From: Bdellovibrionales bacterium
GTDB taxonomy: Bacteria; Bdellovibrionota; Bdellovibrionia; Bdellovibrionales; JAUICD01
Assembly: GCA_965197425.1 (NCBI GenBank)
Contig: CBDANC010000015.1
Coordinates: 224,001-288,000 of the forward strand
Reading direction: 5' to 3'
DNA length: 64,000 nt
The notes under the pieces are model-generated. The model ran no database searches. It was not told the origin of the DNA and saw only the letters and a list, made by a program, of their open reading frames with translations. This document shows, one piece after another, positions 30,032 through 38,686 of this stretch (its first letter is position 1; every line of letters starts with the position of its first letter). Both the position numbers and the translations under genes were made by a program.

Positions 30032-31279
30032 TCACTCTTTGTTGAAAACTACTACATACTCATTGGTCATAGTTTTTGATTTCACCCCAGCTCTATTAGT
30101 AGGGGAATTTTTTGAAGGCATTACTTTGTTATGAATATCTCTGACAAATATTCCTTCAAAATTAAGATCCATACTGTGGAAGAAAGATGCTGTTATTTGA
30201 TCCATAGGTATTTGAAATCCTTTTACTGTCCTATTCCCAACCACAAAACAAACCTTTCCTTTTTTGTTGAGGTTTTTGTCCACATTTCTTACTACATTGT
30301 AGTAGCCATTGAAAAAGTGCAAGACTTCCTCTGCTCTCTTGGGATCCACACTTTTAATGTTATCAACCGTATCCATTAAAATTTCATATTTGCTGAGTTC
30401 TCTATTTAGTCTACCTTCTTTTCCTAAACCCTGTTTATCAATCTTGTAGCCACTAATATTATTAGCAATTAAGTCGTTTACCCAATCAGCTCCAAAGCTT
30501 GTATATTGTCCATAAGCAACCGTTGTACTACTATCACCGTAGGGCGGAGAAGTGATAACCAAGTCGTATTTTAAAGGGATTTTATCTTCTGAGTTACCGA
30601 ATATAGGTCTGCTTAGTTTTTTAGGTACACTAGCGCTCAAAAATACTTTTACCATATCTTCAAGATGCAATAAGAATCTTGGAAAAACCTCATTTTTTGT
30701 TCTTGCTATTCTCTCTTTATCAATCCTATATCTTTTGAATTCACCGTTTCTTGTTAAAGATTGATTACGGCATATAAAAGCAAAAATTGTTGTAAAAAAA
30801 TCCCTGTACTCGTAAGTTCTGTTTTTCAAAATCCATCTTATCCTGCCAAGATCATTGGCCACTTCCTCAGTATACCAGTAGTCTATATTTGTTATTTTAG
30901 GAATATCAACTTGAGTATGATCAAAAAGATGATTTGCTCCCTCAATTAAAGTAGCTTTTAAATCCTTGTACTCTCTAAGCAATTTTTCTTTTTGATAGGC
31001 TGCTGTTTTTGCTCTTGCAATGAGAAGTGCCATAGGGTTTATATCAAAGCCTATAGATTCATACCCTTTTATTTTGGATTGGAGTAGGGTCACTCCACTC
31101 CCACAAAATGGATCAAAAATCACGTTTCCTACTTTTGCATATTTCTCAATAAGAAAATTCACCAACAAAGGATGCAACATAGCAGGATAGGGATGTATTT
31201 TGTGTCTTTCCCTCAAAAGTTGTTCACCATAAAAAGAGAGGTCTTTTTTTTCGGTTCTCTTATAATTATATTCAAACAT
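30032..31279 (-). CDS. N4-cytosine DNA methyltransferase (cognate of the adjacent REase)
   Basis: HPYPA, DPFCGSG (motif I), ITSPPY (motif IV), VVGNR. Confidence 0.9.
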   Translation of the reverse strand: MFEYNYKRTEKKDLSFYGEQLLRERHKIHPYPAMLHPLLVNFLIEKYAKVGNVIFDPFCGSGVTLLQSKIKGYESIGFDINPMALLIARAKTAAYQKEKLLREYKDLKATLIEGANHLFDHTQVDIPKITNIDYWYTEEVANDLGRIRWILKNRTYEYRDFFTTIFAFICRNQSLTRNGEFKRYRIDKERIARTKNEVFPRFLLHLEDMVKVFLSASVPKKLSRPIFGNSEDKIPLKYDLVITSPPYGDSSTTVAYGQYTSFGADWVNDLIANNISGYKIDKQGLGKEGRLNRELSKYEILMDTVDNIKSVDPKRAEEVLHFFNGYYNVVRNVDKNLNKKGKVCFVVGNRTVKGFQIPMDQITASFFHSMDLNFEGIFVRDIHNKVMPSKNSPTNRAGVKSKTMTNEYVVVFNKE

Positions 31280-31382
31280 TTTAGTTTAACCAGTTCTCTA
31301 TAAGCCAATTATTTTCATAGCATACTTTTTACAAGTATCGCTATTTAGTATGTGGAGTCAATTTTTTTGTAGTAGATACTAG

Positions 31383-31546
31383 GATAATTCAAACAAAATA
31401 GCTTTCGATGATTTTGATAAACCAAATCTAAAACTCTTTGCTGAGAATTTACTAAGAAATATAGGCAGCGGCTTGAAATATAGCGCAGGGTAAAAAGGAT
31501 CTTACACTATTAGCTTAGGTGCTGTGTTTGGCAACAACCTTCCTTT
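31383..31546 (+). pseudogene. Relic of a KAP-family P-loop NTPase N-terminus
   Basis: DNSNKIAFDDFDKPNLKLFAENLLRNIGSGLKYSAG*KGSYTISLGAVFG then, after a frameshift, TTFL (broken Walker A). Confidence 0.55.
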
Positions 31547-31622
31547 TTGCTTCTTAGAAACAAATCTCTCCTCAAATAAAATCTTGAAATTTATAAAGTT
31601 CTTAGATAGAACTGCTTTCAAT

Positions 31623-32360
31623 ATGTCTAATTCAAGCGGTATACTGAAGGATCATAAAAAGAAAGGAACAAAATTAATTCCTCCTTTTCCAGCTAGTTTC
31701 CCTGACATCCGTCAGGTTCCATATATTGACATTACTCTTCCTGAATTGATTTGGTTTGGGACTCTTAATATGAAGTTAGGAATTAGAGGTGCTGCAGATT
31801 TGATAACAGAAACTGTCAAAGTTCTGCAGAAAAACAAGTGTGAAGTTGTGGTGTTTGCAAGTTCCTTCAGTGAACTAGAGGAATTTCAAAAAAATAAAAT
31901 TATAGAATCTTTAAGAAAAACTTCGATTTTAAATAACATACAAAACACTTTAAATGATTTTATATATTTTTATCCTGAATGCCCTTTGGCATTTTTATTA
32001 GAAGACAAGAAATTACAGTTAACTGATAAGAATTTTATTGAGAACTTTAAAAAGTATTTAAGCAAGCTATATAACAAAAGAAGTAGTGAAGGTATTTTTA
32101 TGCAAGCATTAGCTGTATATAAGATGTTTTTGTCGGGAAAACTTAAAGCTGCATCTCATACATCACTTGCTAATTTTCCTGAAGTTGAACATTACCCTAA
32201 TACTCAAATATCCAAGGAAATTGCAGCTTCGATTTGTTGCGTTTTAAATTTATTTTGCGGAACTTGTGTTATTGATAAGGGTTTGCAGGACTGGTCTAAA
32301 TATTTTTGGAATAGATCTCGTCAGATAGAACCTATTGATTTAACTAAAATTGAGTGGTAA
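31623..32360 (+). CDS. Hypothetical protein, paired with the downstream DUF5677-like gene
   Basis: ORF from ATG 31623 (LKDHKKKGTKLIPP, LPELIW, YPECPL, HYPNT). Confidence 0.65.
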   Translation: MSNSSGILKDHKKKGTKLIPPFPASFPDIRQVPYIDITLPELIWFGTLNMKLGIRGAADLITETVKVLQKNKCEVVVFASSFSELEEFQKNKIIESLRKTSILNNIQNTLNDFIYFYPECPLAFLLEDKKLQLTDKNFIENFKKYLSKLYNKRSSEGIFMQALAVYKMFLSGKLKAASHTSLANFPEVEHYPNTQISKEIAASICCVLNLFCGTCVIDKGLQDWSKYFWNRSRQIEPIDLTKIEW

Positions 32361-32367
32361 TTTTAAA

Positions 32368-33183
32368 ATGGAAGAGAGTATAGAACATAAGACGCTCACA
32401 TCTTTATTAAATAATATTAAAGAATATAAAAAGATTGTTCGTAAAGAGTTTTCAGAGAGGATGAAATTATCTAGTGTAAATGTAGAGGAAGATGAAAAAC
32501 GTGCAGTTGTTGGCGGACTTCTGGCAAGACAAGTTTCACTAGCAACTGAGTTTTGTAAATGCTCAAGTATTTGGACTCTACATATCGCCCCAATAATTCA
32601 GCGTTGTATGATTGATGTACATATAACGCTAGCTTGGATACTAGAAGACCCAGAAAAAAGATGTAAGGAATACATTGAGTATGGGTTAGGCCAAGTAAAG
32701 TTGATGATCGAACATAGAAAGCTTCAATTGAAGTCAGATGGTGTGGAAGCAGATGACGATCCTGTTTTAAATGCGTATGAGGATTGGTTAAATAATCAGA
32801 AGCATGAAGCGTTTGTAGAAGTAAATTTAGGAAGATGGTCAAATAAATCTGTAAGAAAAATGGCAGAAGAATCTGACAATTTAGATATATATAATTATAT
32901 CTATACACCATTTTCTGGTTGTGTCCATAGTATGTGGAATCACATTGAAAGGCTTAACTTGACCAGATCAACAAATCCTTTGCATAAAGGTTTACCAATC
33001 CCTGTTGCTTCAAAACTTCCAGTAAGTATGGAGGAGTTGTTTCTAGTAGCAAAATACTTACATAAAACTTTTTTATTATATGATGAAAAAACTGGTTGCA
33101 ATGTACCGGCTCCAAGTGCGTATGACTTTTTAAACAAAGCTATTGATAAAACAGCGTCAGATTTAAAAAAATACAACAAATAG
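32368..33183 (+). CDS. DUF5677-like (HEPN-fold-related) protein
   Basis: IQRCMIDVHITLAWI, VRKMAEE, Y..FSGCVH pattern. Confidence 0.6.
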   Translation: MEESIEHKTLTSLLNNIKEYKKIVRKEFSERMKLSSVNVEEDEKRAVVGGLLARQVSLATEFCKCSSIWTLHIAPIIQRCMIDVHITLAWILEDPEKRCKEYIEYGLGQVKLMIEHRKLQLKSDGVEADDDPVLNAYEDWLNNQKHEAFVEVNLGRWSNKSVRKMAEESDNLDIYNYIYTPFSGCVHSMWNHIERLNLTRSTNPLHKGLPIPVASKLPVSMEELFLVAKYLHKTFLLYDEKTGCNVPAPSAYDFLNKAIDKTASDLKKYNK

Positions 33184-33397
33184 ACTTACATTTAAATGGT
33201 TGTTTAAAATTGTGCTGATTTAAACATAAAAAAGAAAGCAATCCTAAGGTTGCTCCGTACCTCTCAATCGAAACCCAACCGTAATTAGTTTCACTAATAA
33301 CATATGGCAAAAAAGAGTTAAAAAATCGAATCAACCTTGCCATGACTAGTTCATCTTTAGGTGAGGCAAAAGAACTAGTAGACGTTGAACTTATTAA

Positions 33398-33958
33398 TCA
33401 GCGTTTCTTTAAAAATCTGCGGATTGCTGAATCACTCACCCTCTGAACCTTGCTCACCGTCATCGGATGTGAACCGAGGGTTTCGATATTATAAATGACT
33501 CCTTCATTTACAAGGTGTCTAATTGCAGGGTTAAGGCGGCGAGGCTTCCAACCATATTGCTCTGCTATTTCTTTTGGTTGAGCTGTAGATTCTTTGTCAT
33601 TCAACATATCTCGAGCAATTCGTTTAGCATCCTCCTTAGCATCCCATCCCATGAAGTACCGGTCAAATTCAATAAACAAAGACTCATCAGTAATAATCCT
33701 TTGGTCAGAGAAGGAGCCAAATGTTCTGTTTATCTTCAAGAAACCTTGTTCTTTAAGTCTGTTGACCGCATCTTCTGTGTCCTCTAAACTCAAACCCGTT
33801 TCTTCCGCAATATTTTTCGCAGCCAATAGTGGATCGTGATTAAACCCGTTTTTTGATTGTTTAAGAAGTAGTTTTATAACTTTTACTTCAGCTTCTGAGT
33901 ATCCAGGTATATAATTGTTGTGTGCAACATCTTTATCTACTATAGTTTCCATTTCCAA
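33398..33958 (-). CDS. Hypothetical protein with two winged-HTH-like segments
   Basis: IAEETGLSLEDTEDAVNRLKEQG and EIAEQYGWKPRRLNPAI..L; GGAGG RBS. Confidence 0.6.
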   Translation of the reverse strand: MEMETIVDKDVAHNNYIPGYSEAEVKVIKLLLKQSKNGFNHDPLLAAKNIAEETGLSLEDTEDAVNRLKEQGFLKINRTFGSFSDQRIITDESLFIEFDRYFMGWDAKEDAKRIARDMLNDKESTAQPKEIAEQYGWKPRRLNPAIRHLVNEGVIYNIETLGSHPMTVSKVQRVSDSAIRRFLKKR

Positions 33959-34035
33959 ATAACCTCCCTTTTTGAAGTTTATATTTAAAAAAATAATTTA
34001 TGTTTATACCAAGATTCTCTATACCTATACATCAT

Positions 34036-34236
34036 CTACGCACATTCATGAAGGCTCAGAAGGTTGTTTGGCATTTCTCCATCTGCCTCGGTCTTTAAAT
34101 ATTCATTACCATACCTACTATTAGCTACGACCATTGACACTCTTTGTCCGTTCTGCATAACAAAAAAAGAATATCTATTCGCCTTAATACCACATATTGC
34201 TTCCTCTTGAGAAAGCTTCTAGTTTGTGCTATCACT
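34036..34236 (-). pseudogene. DUF3892-family relic (not in ORF track)
   Basis: SDSTN*KLSQEEAICGIKANRYSFFVMQNGQRVSMVVANSRYGNEYLKTEADGEMPNNLLSLHECA*; YLKT.ADG..PNNLLSL.EC signature; 5' part missing. Confidence 0.75.
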
Positions 34237-34237
34237 A

Positions 34238-35260
34238 TTAACCTTCACTTCCAATAGTGGGATTCACATTATTTCTTATGATCTCTAACACTCTTTGAGA
34301 TGAAGCTACATTATCCTGTTCGCCTTGAGTAAAGCCAGTATTCTGATGTGAGAAAATGCATTGTGCTGTCTGTAGTAATACAGCACTTTTTGTCGCTTTG
34401 TCCAGACTTGCATCTATAAATTCCTCAAATGTACCCAAGGCATTTTGCCTGTGCTGATTTACCACTAGATTGTGCGACTCAACTCTGTAAATTCTTGCCG
34501 ACAAAACAAAGAAAAAAGAAAGCACACTAAACATCAACACTTTTGACAAACTAATTTGAACCAACTTAGAAGTGATGATAGCTTCATTCCAACCCATGGA
34601 GTGACGTACATTCCAAATAAGAAAAGCAACCAGTACAGCACCAAAACTCCCCGTTACCCAGAGCCATATTTTTTTAGCTTTTTGATGCCTATCTACTTCT
34701 TTTTGGAAATGAAGGATATGTTGAGCCACACCCTCACCAGCAATTTTGTCTCTGGTTTTGCCAAGAATATTACTTAAGGCTGCTTCACTTTCTTCCGCCC
34801 TTTTCTTAAGTTTTTTAATCTCAGCAACATCCTTATCTGCCTGCTGTGTTGTACCTTCACTATTACAAAAGGCAATGATCGGAGCTATTTTCTTAAACCA
34901 CTCATTGTAAGCTCCGTCAATTCGATTAATTATATTATTTCTTTGCTCTAATGGATTACCTTGTTCAGCATTGAAATTCGAAATTTCGTTGAATAAATCC
35001 AACGCACTCCTTGCATAACCATCAAATTCTACCGCACATGAACTAGTAATGAGGTCGAAATTTACATTTGAGAGTTTGTTAAATAGCTCTGAAATTTGTT
35101 CAAATAATTTAGCTCCTTCTTGGAAACCTAGCTTTGTTCCAAGATCTTCGGTTCTAACAAGATCCTTTACTTTTATCTTGTCTAGCTCGTCCAAAGATCC
35201 CTTTAAGGAAGACAGAGATTCCTGATGTCTTTGTTTAATATCCTGCACAACACTCCTCAC
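34238..35260 (-). CDS. Hypothetical coiled-coil + 2-TM membrane protein
   Basis: Helical N-terminus, two TMs, HNLVVNQHRQNALGTF motif. Confidence 0.65.
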   Translation of the reverse strand: MRSVVQDIKQRHQESLSSLKGSLDELDKIKVKDLVRTEDLGTKLGFQEGAKLFEQISELFNKLSNVNFDLITSSCAVEFDGYARSALDLFNEISNFNAEQGNPLEQRNNIINRIDGAYNEWFKKIAPIIAFCNSEGTTQQADKDVAEIKKLKKRAEESEAALSNILGKTRDKIAGEGVAQHILHFQKEVDRHQKAKKIWLWVTGSFGAVLVAFLIWNVRHSMGWNEAIITSKLVQISLSKVLMFSVLSFFFVLSARIYRVESHNLVVNQHRQNALGTFEEFIDASLDKATKSAVLLQTAQCIFSHQNTGFTQGEQDNVASSQRVLEIIRNNVNPTIGSEG

Positions 35261-35518
35261 TTAATTTCTTATCTAGCAGTTAACCAAGCTATTCCAATCG
35301 GTACTCTGATTAGATATAACTCTCATTTCTTATATAACATTCTATTTAGGAAGGTTAAAAAGACCTGCCTTGTGTCTAACAAGATGCGAATATGTGTGTG
35401 ATCCTTAATTAAGTCAACAGTAGTTTAAAAAAAATTGGTAAGTTGCCGTTCTGATCCGCCACGACTCCGATCCAAAAAATTTAGCCTTTGCCAGATCAAT
35501 GAGATTCAGGTAAGGCTA

Positions 35519-35953
35519 ATGCTTATGTTGATTTTTAAGGCCTTACACCTAATAACCATGGTTTGTTGGTTCGCTGGATTGTTTTATATGTTCAGGCTAT
35601 TTGTATATCAAGCTAAGAACCAATCTAATAAAAGCAACTCAGATTTACTTAAGCAAATGGCTTTTAGGCTATACTACTACATAACTACACCATCCATGGT
35701 TTTAACTTTGCTATTTGGAATGTTGCTGCTAATGCATATACCTGTTTATTTGCATGTACCCTGGTTTCATGTGAAAATGCTGTTTATACTTATTCTACTG
35801 GTATATCATTACTTTGTTGGATATACACTCCACAAGTTTATGAAGGATGAAATTTTTTTGTCAGTAAGGCTGTGTAGAATAATAAATGAGGTCCCAACAT
35901 TGCTACTGATAATTATAATTGGACTTGCAGTTTTAAAACCAAATCTACTATGA
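35519..35953 (+). CDS. hemJ: Protoporphyrinogen oxidase HemJ (CopD family)
   Basis: KALHLI..V.WFAGLFY..RLFVY, WFHVK, RIINEVPT, LAVLKP. Confidence 0.9.
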   Translation: MLMLIFKALHLITMVCWFAGLFYMFRLFVYQAKNQSNKSNSDLLKQMAFRLYYYITTPSMVLTLLFGMLLLMHIPVYLHVPWFHVKMLFILILLVYHYFVGYTLHKFMKDEIFLSVRLCRIINEVPTLLLIIIIGLAVLKPNLL

Positions 35954-38676
35954 CACAAACTTACGAACCAAAAAAACTAGAAGCCCGAATATACAAAATG
36001 TGGGATGAGGGTGGTTATTTTAAGCCCAGCTTTGGTTCCGAAAAACCTACATTTTGTATAATGATTCCTCCTCCAAATGTTACAGGCTCTCTTCACCTGG
36101 GACATGCCTTAGACCATACAATACAAGATGTGCTAGTAAGGTGGCATAGAATGAAAGGGTTTAATACTCTATGGCAGTCAGGGACCGATCATGCAGGTAT
36201 TGCTACACAGAGTGTGGTTGAAAGACATCTAGAAAAAAAAGATCTTAATAGAAAAACCTTAGGTAGAGAAAAATTTGTAAAAGAAGTGTGGAAGTGGAAA
36301 ACAAAATACGAGAACCGTATCATATCACAAATGAAGAAACTGGGAGACTCTTGTGATTGGAGTAGGAATAGATTTACCATGGATGACGGCCTTTCAAAGG
36401 CGGTCAAAAAGGTTTTTGTAAATTTATATAATGAAGGGCTAATTTATAGAGGTAAAAGACTAATAAATTGGGATCCTAAACTTTCTAGCGCACTATCAGA
36501 CCTTGAAGTAGAACACCAAGAAAAAGATGGCCATCTGTGGCATGTCAAATACCCTTTTTCTGATAGCGATAAATTTTTGGTGGTCGCAACAACCAGACCA
36601 GAAACCATTCTGGGGGATACCGCTATTGCCGTTCATCCGGAAGATGAAAGATATAAAAAATATATAGGCAAAACAGTTATATTAGAATTCCTTAATAAGG
36701 AAATAAAAGTTATAAGTGATGAATTTGTGGATCAGAGTTTTGGGTCAGGTGTGGTTAAAATTACACCAGCACACGACTTCAAAGATTATGAAGTTGGGTT
36801 AAGGCACAAGTTAGATTTTATTAACATTTTAAATCCAGATGGAACATTAAATAATAATGCCGGTAAATATGAAGGATTAAAAGTATTAGAAGCTAGAAAA
36901 ATGATCTTGAAAGATCTTAAAAAACACAATTTATTAGTTAAAAAAGAAAAGTATAAAGTTACCACTCCTATTAGTCAAAGAACTGGTGAAGCTGTAGAAC
37001 CTTATTTATCTGATCAATGGTTTGTTAGTACAAAGAGTATTGCTCCACCGGCAGAAAAAGTTGTTCAAGATGGAACTATTTCATTTGAACCAGAGCATTG
37101 GGCTAAGACTTACTTGCATTGGATGAGTAATATTCAAGATTGGTGTATTTCCAGACAACTTTGGTGGGGTCATAGAATACCAGCATGGCACTGCAATGAG
37201 TGTAAAGCTATTACTGTTAGTGAATCTACTCCGAGTAAATGTTGTAAATGTAAATCGGTTGATATTTATCAGGACAATGATGTATTGGATACCTGGTTTA
37301 GTTCAGCACTTTGGCCTTTTAGCACTTTAGGTTGGCCTGAACAAACAAAAGATCTAACAACTTTCTATCCTACAAATGTTTTGGTAACTGGACATGATAT
37401 AATATTCTTCTGGGTTGCTAGAATGATAATGTCAGGCCTTCATCATGTTAAAGGCATTCCATTTAGAACAGTTTTTGTTCATGGGATAATAAGAGATGAA
37501 AAAGGCGAAAAAATGTCCAAATCTTTAGGAAACACATTAGATCCTTTAGATTTGATAGACAAATCAGGTGCAGATGCACTAAGAATTACACTTATGTCAC
37601 AAGTATATGGTGGTAATGATATTAAGTTTTCAGAGAAAAGACTTGAGGGGTATAGAAATTTTTTAAATAAAATTTTTAATGCTACAAAGTTCTGTCTATC
37701 ATTTCACAAAAATATAAAACATAAATTTAGAAAAGAAGATATGTCAATCTACGATAAGTGGATTATACAAAAATTGAGTGTTGCCTACCATGATATGGAT
37801 GGTTATCTTAGTGACTTTAAGTTTGCAGAAGCTGTCTTAACAATTTATTCATTTGTATGGAACGATTTTTGTGACCGGTACTTAGAGCGAATTAAACCAA
37901 TACTTTATAAGGGTGAAGAAAAAAATAAGGCTACAACACTTAATGTTTTAACAAATGTTTTGGATAGAATTTGTAGGTTATCTCACCCTATAATTCCGTT
38001 CTTAACAGAAGACATTTATCAAAAACTACCTATAAAGAACAAGGCTTGTATCATAGATAGTTATCCTAACCATCACAACGATTCAGACTTTTTAAGCATG
38101 TACGATCCAAACAAACCAGAAGATATAAATGATGCAGACAATATAATGGATATAATTACTTATGTAAGACAAATAAAAGGTGAAATTTTCCAAGAAGGAA
38201 AACTTACATTAAGTATACGAACTGAGTCGCAAGATGATGAAGGTGAGGAGTATTTTAATCATTTAATTGAATCCCATAAAGATGATATAGAACAGTCGTC
38301 TGGCAGTAATATTTCTGTTGCAAATAAATCTGATATCGGACCTCCTAACATTCCTTTTACAGAAAAGCAAATTAGAGAAAAAGAAACAAACATGTATTTG
38401 GATATTAAAGATAAAACATATCGCATATTCAAAATTATAGAACTGCAAAAAACATCTATTAAATTTTGTATTCCATTACAAGTGTATATGTTGAATCTTG
38501 AAGAAATAACCAAAAAGGTAAAAAAGATAAAAAAAGAAATTGAGAGTTTAGAAAATAGACTTAAAAATAAAGCTTTTAGAGAAAAAGCACCACCAAAGGT
38601 AGTAGAGAAAGACGAAAAGCAATTAAAAACTTTAAAAATTGAACTTGCAACTAAAAGATGGCCAGAAGAAGACTAG
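35950..38676 (+). CDS. valS: Valine--tRNA ligase
   Basis: PPPNVTGSLHLGH, DHAGIATQ, DWCISRQLWWGH, KMSKS, C-terminal coiled coil. Confidence 0.98.
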   Translation: MTQTYEPKKLEARIYKMWDEGGYFKPSFGSEKPTFCIMIPPPNVTGSLHLGHALDHTIQDVLVRWHRMKGFNTLWQSGTDHAGIATQSVVERHLEKKDLNRKTLGREKFVKEVWKWKTKYENRIISQMKKLGDSCDWSRNRFTMDDGLSKAVKKVFVNLYNEGLIYRGKRLINWDPKLSSALSDLEVEHQEKDGHLWHVKYPFSDSDKFLVVATTRPETILGDTAIAVHPEDERYKKYIGKTVILEFLNKEIKVISDEFVDQSFGSGVVKITPAHDFKDYEVGLRHKLDFINILNPDGTLNNNAGKYEGLKVLEARKMILKDLKKHNLLVKKEKYKVTTPISQRTGEAVEPYLSDQWFVSTKSIAPPAEKVVQDGTISFEPEHWAKTYLHWMSNIQDWCISRQLWWGHRIPAWHCNECKAITVSESTPSKCCKCKSVDIYQDNDVLDTWFSSALWPFSTLGWPEQTKDLTTFYPTNVLVTGHDIIFFWVARMIMSGLHHVKGIPFRTVFVHGIIRDEKGEKMSKSLGNTLDPLDLIDKSGADALRITLMSQVYGGNDIKFSEKRLEGYRNFLNKIFNATKFCLSFHKNIKHKFRKEDMSIYDKWIIQKLSVAYHDMDGYLSDFKFAEAVLTIYSFVWNDFCDRYLERIKPILYKGEEKNKATTLNVLTNVLDRICRLSHPIIPFLTEDIYQKLPIKNKACIIDSYPNHHNDSDFLSMYDPNKPEDINDADNIMDIITYVRQIKGEIFQEGKLTLSIRTESQDDEGEEYFNHLIESHKDDIEQSSGSNISVANKSDIGPPNIPFTEKQIREKETNMYLDIKDKTYRIFKIIELQKTSIKFCIPLQVYMLNLEEITKKVKKIKKEIESLENRLKNKAFREKAPPKVVEKDEKQLKTLKIELATKRWPEED

Positions 38677-38686
38677 TACAATCCAA

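Larger units (their letters stand above)
28580..35531. mobile_element. ~6.9 kb defence-type genomic island bounded by a 22-bp direct repeat covering the hemJ start
   Basis: GTAAGGCTAATGCTTATGTTGA at 28580-28601 and 35510-35531; contains R-M genes, orphan genes and gene relics; no integrase. Confidence 0.78.

Noticed and set aside
33184..33397. Possible further gene relic or repeat copy (ACTAGTTC...GAACTAGT hairpin; 67-aa ORF)
   Set aside because: No recognisable family, and similarity to the dispersed repeat is too weak to claim
35435..35518. N-terminal extension of hemJ
   Set aside because: Falls inside the island boundary; family similarity starts at MLMLIFKALH
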